A stretch of 64,000 nucleotides of DNA from NCBI GenBank assembly GCA_963742415.1, contig CAVULX010000003.1, forward strand, positions 576,001 to 640,000, written 5' to 3'. Of this stretch, positions 38,391 through 48,776 are shown piece by piece (the stretch's first letter is position 1; each line of letters starts with the position of its first letter). A program made the translations under genes and the position numbers. The notes beneath the pieces were generated by a model. That model ran no database searches and was not told the origin of the DNA. It saw nothing but the letters and a program-made list of their open reading frames with translations. The stretch comes from an uncultured Parachlamydiaceae bacterium. Its GTDB lineage: Bacteria > Chlamydiota > Chlamydiia > Chlamydiales > Parachlamydiaceae.

Positions 38391-40616
38391 ATGAGCGACA
38401 AAAAAAATGATTTTCCACATTCCCCGTCTGAAGAGCCAAGCAAAATGCCTCTCTCCGGGTATGTTAGTTTTACTGATTCAAAGGACCGGGAAGTTTCCCC
38501 TGATGATGAATTGGCGATGTTCAGAGAAGCTGAAGGGGACGAGTTTTCAAAAAGGTACGACACAAAAAAATTGTATTTGGGGATTCAACGCCATCTTTTT
38601 CTTATAGGTGTTTGCATTGTTGTTTGGGCCGGGTTAGGATCTTTGGCGACATGGTATTTGTTGACCCATTATGCTGCTGAGGCGGTGGTTTTATTTAGGG
38701 AAGATTTGCCTAAAACATTGCCTGCTAACATTGCAATGAATAATTTAACCTTAGCGACAGCCCTCGATTTAGTGACCCTTCCGACACATTTGCAAGCAGT
38801 TAGAGCTATTTTAGGTCTAAATTTATCACCTCAGCAGATCAAAACCCTCGTTGAAGTCCCTATTCCTCGCAATAATTCCCATTTTATTCGGATCGTTGCC
38901 AAAACGGATAATCCCCATCTTTCCGTGGACATCGCAAATACTTTAGCGAAAGTGGCAGTCAAGAGCAGCGTAGAATTCACTCAAAAGCAATTGCAATCGG
39001 AATTGGACAACTTTAAAGCGCAGTTGGAAAATTCCCAGCAGAAGCTTGCACAACAATTGAAAGAGATCGAAGATTTTAAGAAGACCCATCAATACTTCGA
39101 AATGACGGCCGATTATTCCCAATTGTTAACTCAATTAATGGAAGCGCGTTCAAAATATGAAACAGCCAACCTCCGTTATAATAGTTTGGTTATTGAATAT
39201 GAAAATATGAAACGGGAAATCAATTCATTGCCCGAAGAGTTGAGCATCAATGATTTCGGCGCGAATGGAAATTCCCAAGGAAACCTCGTTAAAAACCGTA
39301 TTCAAACGCTAGAATCAGCTCTTGTGGAAGCCAAGGCACGCTTTACGCCGACTAATCCGAAAGTAAAAGTTTTGGAGTTAGAGCTTGAAGAACTCAGAGA
39401 AAAATTAAAAAATCCTAAAGAAACTGAAGCTAAAGAGGGATTGACTTCCCGAAATCCTAATAGAGAAAGGCTGCAAACAGAACTTATCCGGTTGCAAGGA
39501 AAGGTGAGATCGGCTCAAAAAGTGAAGCAAGATCTAGCTGTCAGCCTTGCAGAGATGGAAAAATCTCAAGAAAGCTTACCCCAAGATCAGATCGCTTTTG
39601 GAAAGTTGCTGGATGCCAAAAGGATCACGGAAGACCAAGTGCAATTTCTGACGAAATCTGTCGAAACGATTAGGCTCATGATTAATGTTCCGCAAGGGGG
39701 GCTTGAGCTTTATCAACTGGCTGAAAAGGCACTGCCCCTTTTGGAGAGTTGGTGGGTGCAACTATTGCCCATTGTGGGGCTGTTTTTAGGGCTAAGTTGC
39801 GGGATTGTATTTTCCATTGTATTGGAAATGAGGGATAAAAAATTGTGGACCCCTAAGCAAATCGAGCTTGCTTACTCGATCCCCCCTTTGATGGTGATTC
39901 CCGAAATTCCCCACCTCACTCCCAAAAACAGCCGGGCGAAAACCTTGTTTTTCATCCGAATGCTTGCGGATGTCTTGGAAAGGCTGTCTGATGGATTGCC
40001 CTCTCTATCCCCTGACGTGGATCATAGAGCATTAACCATCGCCTTTACAAGTTCGACGCAAGGGGAAGGAAAAAGCTGCGTTTCTTATCACTTAGCGCGT
40101 TATTACCAGCACGTAGGAAAAAAAGTGCTTTTAATGGAATTCGATTGCAAAGATAACGCTTACACAAATGATAGTCCCGCTATTACATTGGAAAATTTTT
40201 TCCACTCGGATTGGAAAAAGCACATTTCGCAAGGAGTTCCTGACCGTCTAAAAGCGGGGATAGAACAACCCTTCATGAAAGAGCTCATTAAATCAGTGAC
40301 AATGAAGCGTCTTATGGCAGAGTTGAGAAAAGAGTATGAGCTCTTGATTATAGATGCCCCAGGAGTAGCTGATGAAGCATTTACGACAAACTTAGCAGCT
40401 CTAGCAGACTTGACAGTGTTTATTATTGGATCCTCTGTTGTTGAAAAACCGGTTGTCGATCAAAGCTTAAAAGAGTTGCACCAATTTGGATTAGCCCCTT
40501 GCGGCATTGTTTTAAATCGTGTCTATCCAGCTTATATTGAAGACGAAAAGATTAAACAAGGAATAAAATTTGTTTCAGGATCGTTTTGGGATAAGTTATT
40601 TTTTTGGCGGCAATGA
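38391..40616 (+). CDS. Wzc/GumC-like polysaccharide co-polymerase with P-loop domain
   Basis: Two TM helices flanking a coiled coil; TSSTQGEGKS, IIDAP and GIVLN motifs. Confidence 0.85.
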   Translation: MSDKKNDFPHSPSEEPSKMPLSGYVSFTDSKDREVSPDDELAMFREAEGDEFSKRYDTKKLYLGIQRHLFLIGVCIVVWAGLGSLATWYLLTHYAAEAVVLFREDLPKTLPANIAMNNLTLATALDLVTLPTHLQAVRAILGLNLSPQQIKTLVEVPIPRNNSHFIRIVAKTDNPHLSVDIANTLAKVAVKSSVEFTQKQLQSELDNFKAQLENSQQKLAQQLKEIEDFKKTHQYFEMTADYSQLLTQLMEARSKYETANLRYNSLVIEYENMKREINSLPEELSINDFGANGNSQGNLVKNRIQTLESALVEAKARFTPTNPKVKVLELELEELREKLKNPKETEAKEGLTSRNPNRERLQTELIRLQGKVRSAQKVKQDLAVSLAEMEKSQESLPQDQIAFGKLLDAKRITEDQVQFLTKSVETIRLMINVPQGGLELYQLAEKALPLLESWWVQLLPIVGLFLGLSCGIVFSIVLEMRDKKLWTPKQIELAYSIPPLMVIPEIPHLTPKNSRAKTLFFIRMLADVLERLSDGLPSLSPDVDHRALTIAFTSSTQGEGKSCVSYHLARYYQHVGKKVLLMEFDCKDNAYTNDSPAITLENFFHSDWKKHISQGVPDRLKAGIEQPFMKELIKSVTMKRLMAELRKEYELLIIDAPGVADEAFTTNLAALADLTVFIIGSSVVEKPVVDQSLKELHQFGLAPCGIVLNRVYPAYIEDEKIKQGIKFVSGSFWDKLFFWRQ

Positions 40617-41820
40617 TGACAATGATTTCCGGGTGAACGGGATTTTTAGGCTATCGCTGCGAGTTTTTTTCTGCTTTTTTCTTATGTTATTAAATTTAAC
40701 ATCGTGTTGCAAAATACCTGCCCCTAACTTTGAGTTGTTTCGGCGCCCTCAAGTCATGGAAACAAGTCATCCTGTGGTGAAGGATTATGGTCCGGTTCTA
40801 GCCGAGTATGATGAGCGGCTGGCTGCATATGAAGATCAGGATGATGTGGAAAAAGAGCCCCTCACCCAGGATATGTTTAAACCCTTTAAACCGACCGAAG
40901 AAAACTATCATTTAGCCCGAGGCGATATCGTTGAGATAGATGTTTATGATGAGGTTGAAACTGCATCCCGCAATATTTCAGTAGCCCCGGATGGGCGCAT
41001 ATATTGGACTTTTCTTGATGGCATTCCAGCTGCTGGGAGGACGATCCCCGAAGTTCGAGCTGACCTTGAAAGAGAGATAAAAACGCATTTCAAGGAACCG
41101 ACTGTGACACTATGCTCTAAAACGACTGTAAATGAAACTTTTACAATCTTGGGAAGAGTTTCGTTGCCTGGGGTTTATTCCACTGTGGATCCCATTCGTG
41201 TCAGAGAAGCCATAGGACTTGCTGGGGGGCTTCTCCCTGAGGATTTTACCAATGAGAATCAAAATGCACCCCAGGAATCGATCGCCGACCTTGCCCATTC
41301 ATTCCTGATTCGGGATGGGAAAAAACTCGACGTTGATTTCCATGACATTTTTTACAATCCCAATTCAAAACAAGACGTTTTCATATACCCTGGGGATTAC
41401 ATATACATTGCGTCGACACCTTATGCAGAGGTCTATGTTTTGGGAGCTGTAACGATTCCCACTCAAGTCAGATATACTAGAGGGATGCGCCTTTCTCAAG
41501 CTTTAGCATCGAGTGGAGGCTGGACGATCGGATTTCCATACGCAGCAGATATCTCTAAAGTGCTCGTTATCCGAGGATGCCTTGAATGTCCTTTGTTTGT
41601 GCAGGTCGACCTTCGAGAGTTGATCAACGGAGAAACAAGAGATATTGTTTTGCATCCAGGAGATATAATTTATGTTTATGATAAGACATTAAGGTTTGGA
41701 AGACAGTTAGTGCTTCTAGCACTTAACGCATTTATACAGTCCTTTGCTACGGCTGCAGGAAGTTATTATGGTGAATTTAGTTGGTTCCATATTTCCACAG
41801 GTACGGATTCGGATAATTAA
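40570..41820 (+). CDS. Wza-like polysaccharide export lipoprotein (Poly_export + SLBB)
   Basis: LTSC lipobox; YHLARGD...VAPDGRI...AAGRT, GRVSLPG and LHPGDIIYV; start uncertain. Confidence 0.88.
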   Translation: MFQDRFGISYFFGGNDDNDFRVNGIFRLSLRVFFCFFLMLLNLTSCCKIPAPNFELFRRPQVMETSHPVVKDYGPVLAEYDERLAAYEDQDDVEKEPLTQDMFKPFKPTEENYHLARGDIVEIDVYDEVETASRNISVAPDGRIYWTFLDGIPAAGRTIPEVRADLEREIKTHFKEPTVTLCSKTTVNETFTILGRVSLPGVYSTVDPIRVREAIGLAGGLLPEDFTNENQNAPQESIADLAHSFLIRDGKKLDVDFHDIFYNPNSKQDVFIYPGDYIYIASTPYAEVYVLGAVTIPTQVRYTRGMRLSQALASSGGWTIGFPYAADISKVLVIRGCLECPLFVQVDLRELINGETRDIVLHPGDIIYVYDKTLRFGRQLVLLALNAFIQSFATAAGSYYGEFSWFHISTGTDSDN

Positions 41821-41821
41821 G

Positions 41822-42850
41822 ATGAAAAAAAAGATGAATTTTTTTCCTGTTTTTCTGTTTGCTTTTATCACCTTTGCAATCTGTTTTGCTTCTCTCGCTG
41901 CAGAAGAAGACCTATACCGTTTAAAAGTCGGAGATAAACTTTTTATCACGGTTTACAACGAAAAAAACACACGACGGGAAATTACTATAGGACCTACTGG
42001 GACGATCTGCTATTTGTTCTTAAATTCAGTGCAGGCAGAGGGTAAAACCATTCCTGAGTTGCGAGCCGACCTGACTGAAAAGCTCAAAAAAAATTTCCGT
42101 TTTCCGGAACTGATTATTAACGGAAACGAATTTATGGGGGAACATTATACCGTTAACGGAGAAGTTCGAAAGCCTGGAAAAAAGCCTCTCGAAGGACATG
42201 CGACAATCATTAAGGCGTTAGGGGAAGCGGGGGGATTTACCACGCGGCTTTTCCGCGATCAAACAATCGACTTAGTGGATTTTGACCATTCTTTTCTGTC
42301 GAGAAACGGAGAATATGTTCCGGTTGATTTTTCCAGCCTGATTCTCGAAGGGGATATGAGTCAAAATCTTCCCTTGAAGACAGGGGATTATATCTACATG
42401 GCAAGCTATGTGATGCCTCAAGTCTATGTTTTAGGGGAGGTAAATAGGAGCTTAACCATTAATTATCTAGATACAATCACTTTGGCCGAGGCGATTGCTC
42501 AAGCCAATGGAGTGACGAGGCGCGCAAGCTCTCGGGCTGTTGTTATTCGAGGTGCCCTAGCCAGGCCAACTGTTTTTGAAGTGGATATTAACCGCATTTT
42601 CAAGGCATATGCTTGCGATTTTTTTCTTGAGCCTGGGGATATCGTGTATGTACCCCCTATGAAATTCACTTACTTAAAAGAAATTGTTCAAGGGGGAATA
42701 GCCTCTTTTATTAGCATTTTGGCGAACGTCGCGGGCACGAATGTCTTTCTTGAAATTACTCCAAAAGCGAAAGCTGCAGGGGTGGCTTCACCTGTTCCTG
42801 TGATCGGCACAACACCAACGGTTATCCCTGCGCCCGCTCCTGTCCCTTAA
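41822..42850 (+). CDS. Second Wza-like polysaccharide export protein
   Basis: Signal peptide; YRLKVGD, GEVRKPG, AGGF and LEPGDIVYVP motifs. Confidence 0.88.
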   Translation: MKKKMNFFPVFLFAFITFAICFASLAAEEDLYRLKVGDKLFITVYNEKNTRREITIGPTGTICYLFLNSVQAEGKTIPELRADLTEKLKKNFRFPELIINGNEFMGEHYTVNGEVRKPGKKPLEGHATIIKALGEAGGFTTRLFRDQTIDLVDFDHSFLSRNGEYVPVDFSSLILEGDMSQNLPLKTGDYIYMASYVMPQVYVLGEVNRSLTINYLDTITLAEAIAQANGVTRRASSRAVVIRGALARPTVFEVDINRIFKAYACDFFLEPGDIVYVPPMKFTYLKEIVQGGIASFISILANVAGTNVFLEITPKAKAAGVASPVPVIGTTPTVIPAPAPVP

Positions 42851-43140
42851 CGGCGAGGAACAAAATTTTCACTACTAACAAAATTTCACCGCAGAGCCGG
42901 TGAGATCACTGAGGGTTTTTGAGAACATTGAGAGGCGATTTTGATAAAACTCAGAAACATCGATAAATACTTTTATACGAGCTGCTTTGCACCATAAAAA
43001 ACTTGAACATAAAGTTTCGACTTGGTAAAAACTATCACCAAGAAATGGGAAAAATAATCTTCCGAAAGGTAATTCATTCTTCGATATATTTTGGGATTTT
43101 TCCGTTTCCCAAAATATTCTTTTCATCCTTCCAGCACCGA

Positions 43141-44145
43141 CTAGCTATCAAGAACAATTCTATAACGGGCTTTTCCTTTCGCTAGATGATCGAAGGCCTC
43201 GTTAATTTTATCCATTGGGAAATGCTCTGTTTTAGGGGTGATCTGATGCTTCGCTGCGAAATCGAGCATTGTTGCTATCATTGACGGGGGGCCAATAGGA
43301 GAGCCCGAAATGCTCTTCTGTGACTCAATTAGAGTAAAGACGTTCACAGGGATAGCATCAGGGACGACGCCGACAAAATGAAGGCGTCCTTGTGGAGAAA
43401 GAGCATTGATTAAGGCTGTCCAATCCAAAGGAGCATTCGCTGCGACGAGGAGGAGATCAAACGTGCCCGCTAATTTTTGAATAGCAGAAGAGTCTTTACT
43501 TGAGACAACATTATTGGCGCCAAATTCGCGGGCTTCGGCAAACTTGCTTTCGCTCGAAGTGAATGCCGTTACTTCACAACCAAATGCCGCAGCGAATTTT
43601 ACGGCTAGATGACCAAGGCCGCCGATACCGACAATACCAACCCTATCAGTCGGCTTTGTGTAGGTTGACAAGGGATTGAAAACGGTGATGCCGCCGCATA
43701 ATAATGGGCCCGTGTCAGCCATTGGAAGGTTGTCGGGAATAGGAATTGCCCAGGCCCAGTGTGAACGCACATGAGTGGCAAAACCTCCTTTGTGTCCGAC
43801 GATTGTGAAAACTGATTCAGGACAAAAATTATGATGGCCCGACATGCAATGCTTACAATGCATGCAGCTGCCCGCGGTCCAGCCAACGCCTACCTTTTGA
43901 CCAATTTTGAGGCCTTTCACCTCAGGGCCTTTCGCGATTATCCGGCCGGTAACTTCATGCCCAAGGATCGCCGGGAAGATTGATATGCCCCAGTCGTTAT
44001 TCAAGACGGAGAGATCGGAGTGGCATATTCCGCAATAGTCAACTTCCACTTCGACCTCTTCGGCACCTAGTGGGCCTAGGTCAATTTCTTGCTTTATAAA
44101 TTTGCTTTTCGCAGCGGGGGCAACCCATGCATTGATTTTTACCAT
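43141..44145 (-). CDS. Zn-dependent NAD(P) alcohol dehydrogenase (CAD/Ahr-like)
   Basis: CGICHSD, GHE, structural Zn cysteines, PLLCGGIT and GIGGLG. Confidence 0.93.
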   Translation of the reverse strand: MVKINAWVAPAAKSKFIKQEIDLGPLGAEEVEVEVDYCGICHSDLSVLNNDWGISIFPAILGHEVTGRIIAKGPEVKGLKIGQKVGVGWTAGSCMHCKHCMSGHHNFCPESVFTIVGHKGGFATHVRSHWAWAIPIPDNLPMADTGPLLCGGITVFNPLSTYTKPTDRVGIVGIGGLGHLAVKFAAAFGCEVTAFTSSESKFAEAREFGANNVVSSKDSSAIQKLAGTFDLLLVAANAPLDWTALINALSPQGRLHFVGVVPDAIPVNVFTLIESQKSISGSPIGPPSMIATMLDFAAKHQITPKTEHFPMDKINEAFDHLAKGKARYRIVLDS

Positions 44146-44418
44146 AAAAATCTTCCCACGTTTATTTTGATTGCCTCTCAAAACGGACTATTTCCGGTTT
44201 TGATAAGCTTGTCTTAGTTAAAATTTAAATTATATCATTTTAAAAATAATGTAAATCCATAGACGCTAGGACAAAATGAATATGACCAATGGGACTTGGC
44301 AGACACCTCTTAAGTAAGGTTAGTCAGAAATTAATTTTAAAATAGGTGTAAAATACAATTTGCTAAATTTATAACATCGCATACAATTCAAAATCATTAA
44401 TCTTAAAAAAGGTTCTTT

Positions 44419-47400
44419 ATGAATATTAACAGTAATATCTATGTACCCTGTGGTGCTTATTTAAACCAATGGTTTCAAGATGCTTTGGAATACGAGACGT
44501 TAAAAAAGCGCACGCTAGCAGGAGAATTGAAGTCTATGCCTGATCAAAATAGGAAATTTTTGTTAGCTTTTATTGAAAAACAGGGATGGATCCATAAAGC
44601 TGTGGAAAACGAAGATAATAACTTTGTCAAAGCCTTGGCAGAGGCTGGTGCGAATCTTAGCGCTTTGGATGAGAAAGGGAGTTCAGTGCTGTTCAAAGCT
44701 AGAACTCCAGACATGTTCAATTGGCTGCGTGAGCAGGGATCTCAGTTCGTGCACGCCAACAATGTTTCCCTGTTCCAATTTGTCTTCTCCAAATGGCAAA
44801 GTTGCTGGACCCGCGAGGAAGAAGTTAAAGCGGCTTGGCAAAATTTACTCGCATCGATCATGCCGAAAGCGGATTTAAAGGATTTTTGCGATCTAGACAA
44901 GGAACAATTGAAAGAATTGATTCAATTGGCACAGAAAGATCAAAAGATAGGGGAGCTTCTCTTACATGTTTGCACAAGGATCATTGAGGAAAAATCCAAC
45001 GAAGTTCTGCCCATAGCCCAAAAGTTATTGTCGAGCTTTCATTCTCAGGAACTCAAAATTGGACTGATCGGACTTATCAAAATAGGCTTCTTAAAAGATC
45101 CATTTATAGAACAGATCGTGACCGATTCAGCAATTCTATTTTGGAACACGAAAAATAGCGCATTCTTCGATGCGCTGAAACAATGTTGGAAACCCACTGG
45201 CGATCTGCTAGCGTTGACAGAGGTCTGTGGAGATTTGAGGTTAGGCATTTATTTTAAAGCTATATTAAAAACCACAACCCTGCAACAGGCGGCCGAACTT
45301 TACTCTCATCTCAGAGATTTTCCTGATATGAGTGATCTCGATGAGACGATAAAAAAACGTCTCATGGAGCACATTCTCAATTTGCAAGCCAAAGAAAACA
45401 GCACCATATGGATGGCCATGTCAAAACAGGTGTTGGGAAAAAAAGAGCTGCTGCAAATGAAACAAATAGGTTTCGATCCCCATTGGACAGACCCTGTAAA
45501 TGGCCGAACATTCCTTTTCACCGAAGAGGCTTGTTATCTGAGTTTCTATAGCGAAGTCGGATTCAACCTTCACCAGATCGATGTACATGGCGACAATGCA
45601 TTGGAGTATCATTGCCGGCACCCTTATAAAGAGAATTCAACTTCAGCATTTGAAGCGCTTGCAAAATTGGGCATCAAGCTGAGCGATAAATTTCCTAACA
45701 TCGAAAAGTGCCGGAATACTTTTCCTGATGACCCTTATTTACAAGCAGCCCTAGGAGCCAGCCTCTTGCATCCTCGCAAACATATCATGAGACAGATCTT
45801 TCGTAGTATGTCCGGCAATAAGAACTCCGTATTTCGCAAGAAGGTTTGCAAGGATCCTGAGCTCAACCAGATTTTAGGCAAATATCTGGGTTCGAATGAT
45901 GAGAAAGTGGACTCCAAAAATTGGAAAAACGGATACATGCCGGCCGATGTCGAAAGGCTTAAAAACTACGTCAAGGATGGGTATTCGAAGAGATGGAGCT
46001 TCGCTTTCCTTGCGAAATTTTGGAATGGAAAAGTGTCTTCCGAAGTCTTTGATACCATTCCGGAATCTCCTGTTGCGTCTTTGGTTGTCGGGGCCATCAG
46101 GAGGCAGCACGAGGAACTTGTAGAGGGAAAAAGGAAAAAACCCGTTACACTCCACAATATATTTAGTTCTATCTTGAATCATGACGATATGGTGCATCTT
46201 AACCGCTATTTGTTTGCACATCCCGAACTCATGCGCATCCTTGTCCAGGATTATATGAACGCCAAAAACATTTATATCCAACCAGGTGGCGGCTCCATTA
46301 CAACGTATGGGAAAATCATTTCTTTGCTGATGACTCGAATGGGCAAGCTTTTGCAACTTCCCAAATATGAGATGGATCTTCCAAGGTGGCACCAGAAATT
46401 ATTAGATGCCTTCCATGCACGTGTGCCTCCTATTCCGTTAGAAACGCTGAATATTCCTGATAATGCCACTGTTAAGATATTGGGACGCACGGCCATCGTG
46501 ACTTCAGCAGCAGGCTGTGACGCGTTTAAATTCTTAGGAACGGGTGAAAAATATGATTATTTTTCACAGGAGCACAGCGTCTGCAAAGCCTTTAACGAAA
46601 TAACCGACAAATTTAAAAGCCAGATAATCAAACCTCTTGGTGTTTATGCCGTCAAGCGTTTGCCTTCTGTTTTGGGGCGCCAGCAGCAGGGAGATCAGCC
46701 TGGCTATGTCTTTCACTATCAAGCATCTCCTGAGACTTTTGTGTATTTGCAAAATGTTCCGGCAGAAAAATATACTGAATCACGGAGCAGGACTTTACAC
46801 GATGCGGCCAAATTAGTTCGGTTGGGCATCTATCCTGACTTGGCTGCCCTGTTCCATAGCCAGCAGAAATCACGCAGGCATGTCTTGCTGGTCGATGTGA
46901 TGGCGCGCCTCATCCGGGAACAGAACGAGATCTCGTTGTTCAGACCTGCAGGAGGTAGCGGATCCCTGGAAAATCCTCTTGAAAAAACCAGATATCCAAA
47001 TGCCCGCCAGACCGGAATGACCGACTTGCGAGATGCCTGTCAATATTATGGCTTGGGAAGGGATTCCATTTGGGGCAAAATAAAAGATATGCATAATTTG
47101 TATAACATGGAGGCCGCCGGCGTCAGTTATTTCTATCAAATGGAGGCCCTTTCCAATATCATGTTAGTCGATATGCTGATCCTTGCTGAACGGTATATGA
47201 ATCAGGGAGACTTCCAATGGAAAGATGATCTCCTTATGCAGAAATTCGGGCTGGAGCTGGCGGACGGTTTTGCCCGCTTGACAGCTTCTTATTCAGAACA
47301 ACAATATGAGCAAGCCTATAAGTTTGCTTTGGAGTGTGGTATAGATTGGACGCGCGCTGCGCGGCAAATTGCCTTTTGGCTTGATACAGGGCCTGAAGGA

Positions 47401-47679
47401 TATCCTTCCTGGGTAGCAAAAGGACAACTTCCGCCAGGCCTTTACGAAGAAAGCATTAAAGTTCATGTGGATGTGTCCAAAGCAGGGAATTTCGAAGGGC
47501 AGGATGGATTCGGCACTAAAGGCAATCTCGACATCGGTATCGACAAAGGCCCCTTGGCCTTGGACCAATTCGAGAAAGCGGCCCATCTTTTGTTTAATAC
47601 CGTTGCTTTGGCGGAACCGATGACGCCTCCTCCGAGAACCGTTCAGTTTTCCTATGGTGTAATGTTGGATTTTTTTTAG
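44419..47679 (+). CDS. Ankyrin-like repeat protein with C-terminal SidJ-like pseudokinase domain; candidate secreted effector
   Basis: N-terminal IHKAVE...ALAEAGANLSALDEKGSSVL and DVHGDNALEY; C-terminal GRT, K-x5-E-x7-E, HD, FH, N-x7-D-x2-D, RQIAFW and DIG..EK motifs. Confidence 0.8.
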   Translation: MNINSNIYVPCGAYLNQWFQDALEYETLKKRTLAGELKSMPDQNRKFLLAFIEKQGWIHKAVENEDNNFVKALAEAGANLSALDEKGSSVLFKARTPDMFNWLREQGSQFVHANNVSLFQFVFSKWQSCWTREEEVKAAWQNLLASIMPKADLKDFCDLDKEQLKELIQLAQKDQKIGELLLHVCTRIIEEKSNEVLPIAQKLLSSFHSQELKIGLIGLIKIGFLKDPFIEQIVTDSAILFWNTKNSAFFDALKQCWKPTGDLLALTEVCGDLRLGIYFKAILKTTTLQQAAELYSHLRDFPDMSDLDETIKKRLMEHILNLQAKENSTIWMAMSKQVLGKKELLQMKQIGFDPHWTDPVNGRTFLFTEEACYLSFYSEVGFNLHQIDVHGDNALEYHCRHPYKENSTSAFEALAKLGIKLSDKFPNIEKCRNTFPDDPYLQAALGASLLHPRKHIMRQIFRSMSGNKNSVFRKKVCKDPELNQILGKYLGSNDEKVDSKNWKNGYMPADVERLKNYVKDGYSKRWSFAFLAKFWNGKVSSEVFDTIPESPVASLVVGAIRRQHEELVEGKRKKPVTLHNIFSSILNHDDMVHLNRYLFAHPELMRILVQDYMNAKNIYIQPGGGSITTYGKIISLLMTRMGKLLQLPKYEMDLPRWHQKLLDAFHARVPPIPLETLNIPDNATVKILGRTAIVTSAAGCDAFKFLGTGEKYDYFSQEHSVCKAFNEITDKFKSQIIKPLGVYAVKRLPSVLGRQQQGDQPGYVFHYQASPETFVYLQNVPAEKYTESRSRTLHDAAKLVRLGIYPDLAALFHSQQKSRRHVLLVDVMARLIREQNEISLFRPAGGSGSLENPLEKTRYPNARQTGMTDLRDACQYYGLGRDSIWGKIKDMHNLYNMEAAGVSYFYQMEALSNIMLVDMLILAERYMNQGDFQWKDDLLMQKFGLELADGFARLTASYSEQQYEQAYKFALECGIDWTRAARQIAFWLDTGPEGYPSWVAKGQLPPGLYEESIKVHVDVSKAGNFEGQDGFGTKGNLDIGIDKGPLALDQFEKAAHLLFNTVALAEPMTPPPRTVQFSYGVMLDFF

Positions 47680-47729
47680 GAGTACTCAACAGGCCATCCG
47701 AAACCCTTTTTGGGTAGATTTGTTGAGGA

Positions 47730-47868
47730 GAAACAGGATAAGCAGAATCGTAAACGGCAAGATGAGCAGGATAAAAGAGAAAAAATATTAATTATATTCC
47801 CACATCCTGAACCTTTTTATTCAATATCCTGCTTATCCTGCCGTTTACGATTCTGCTTATCCTGTTTC
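47730..47868. repeat. Palindromic element, CAGGATAAG family, copy 4
   Basis: Arms 47730-47773 / 47825-47868. Confidence 0.92.
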
Positions 47869-47900
47869 TTCTCTGTATCTCCTAAGTAACTTCTCTTAAG

Positions 47901-48776
47901 TTACTGTTTCCCGCTTAGTGGCTTTTCTTGGCTGTCTAGACACAATTCAAGGCCGACAGACCAGGCTGGCAAGACGATGTCAAAGTCTCGGTTGATTTTG
48001 TTATTTGACAGGATGGAATAGAGGGGTCTTTTCGCTAAGGAAGAATATTCCTTTGAAGAGATGGGAATGAGGTTTGGCATTTGCTGAAGAGGGACTGTAC
48101 CGAATATTTTCTTCGCAAATTCAAACCAGCTGGTTTCCCCGGACGAGGTCAAGTGGTAAAGGCCCCACTTGTTTTTATGCTGGGTTAGAATTTGAGCTGT
48201 AGCTTCGGCAATCAAACGGCTCCAAGTAGGAGCTCCAACTTGATCATTAACTATCCGCAGCTCTTTTTTTTCTTGCGCTAATTTTAACATTGTCAGAAGA
48301 AAATTGCTCCCTCTTAACCCATAGACCCAACTCGTGCGGAAAATGAGAAATTGCCCTCCTACAGCCGTGATGGCTAATTCCCCTTCCTGCTTTGTTTCTC
48401 CATAACGGTTTAAAGGCCCCACTTTGTCTTCTTCAATGTAAGGGGCACGTTTGCTTCCGTCAAAAACATAGTCTGTAGAGTAGTGGATCAAAATGGAATT
48501 CAACCTTTTTGCTTCCTCGGCTAAAACACCTGGTGCGACGCCGTTAATGACGAGGGCTCGATCGCGCTCCTCTTCTGCTCGATCAACAGCAGTATACGCT
48601 GCGGCATTGACAATAATATCAGGGCGTATTTCCCGCACTTTGGACCGAATTGTGTCTAATGCGGCTAGATTAAAAATATCTTTTCCAAAAGCATAGATGG
48701 AGCCCAAAGGAGCGAGTGTCCGTTGTAATTCCCATCCAATCTGCCCGTCTTTTCCTAATAATAAAATTTTTTTCAT
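47901..48776 (-). CDS. rfbD: dTDP-4-dehydrorhamnose reductase
   Basis: GKDGQIG, AYTAVD, STDYVFDG, YGETK and DQVGAPT motifs. Confidence 0.96.
   Translation of the reverse strand: MKKILLLGKDGQIGWELQRTLAPLGSIYAFGKDIFNLAALDTIRSKVREIRPDIIVNAAAYTAVDRAEEERDRALVINGVAPGVLAEEAKRLNSILIHYSTDYVFDGSKRAPYIEEDKVGPLNRYGETKQEGELAITAVGGQFLIFRTSWVYGLRGSNFLLTMLKLAQEKKELRIVNDQVGAPTWSRLIAEATAQILTQHKNKWGLYHLTSSGETSWFEFAKKIFGTVPLQQMPNLIPISSKEYSSLAKRPLYSILSNNKINRDFDIVLPAWSVGLELCLDSQEKPLSGKQ

Noticed and set aside
38210-38563. 117-aa minus-strand ORF
   Set aside because: Antisense to the start of the wzc-like gene; shadow ORF
42875-43185. Small ORFs between wza and the alcohol dehydrogenase
   Set aside because: Overlap a degenerate repeat tract; no supporting motifs
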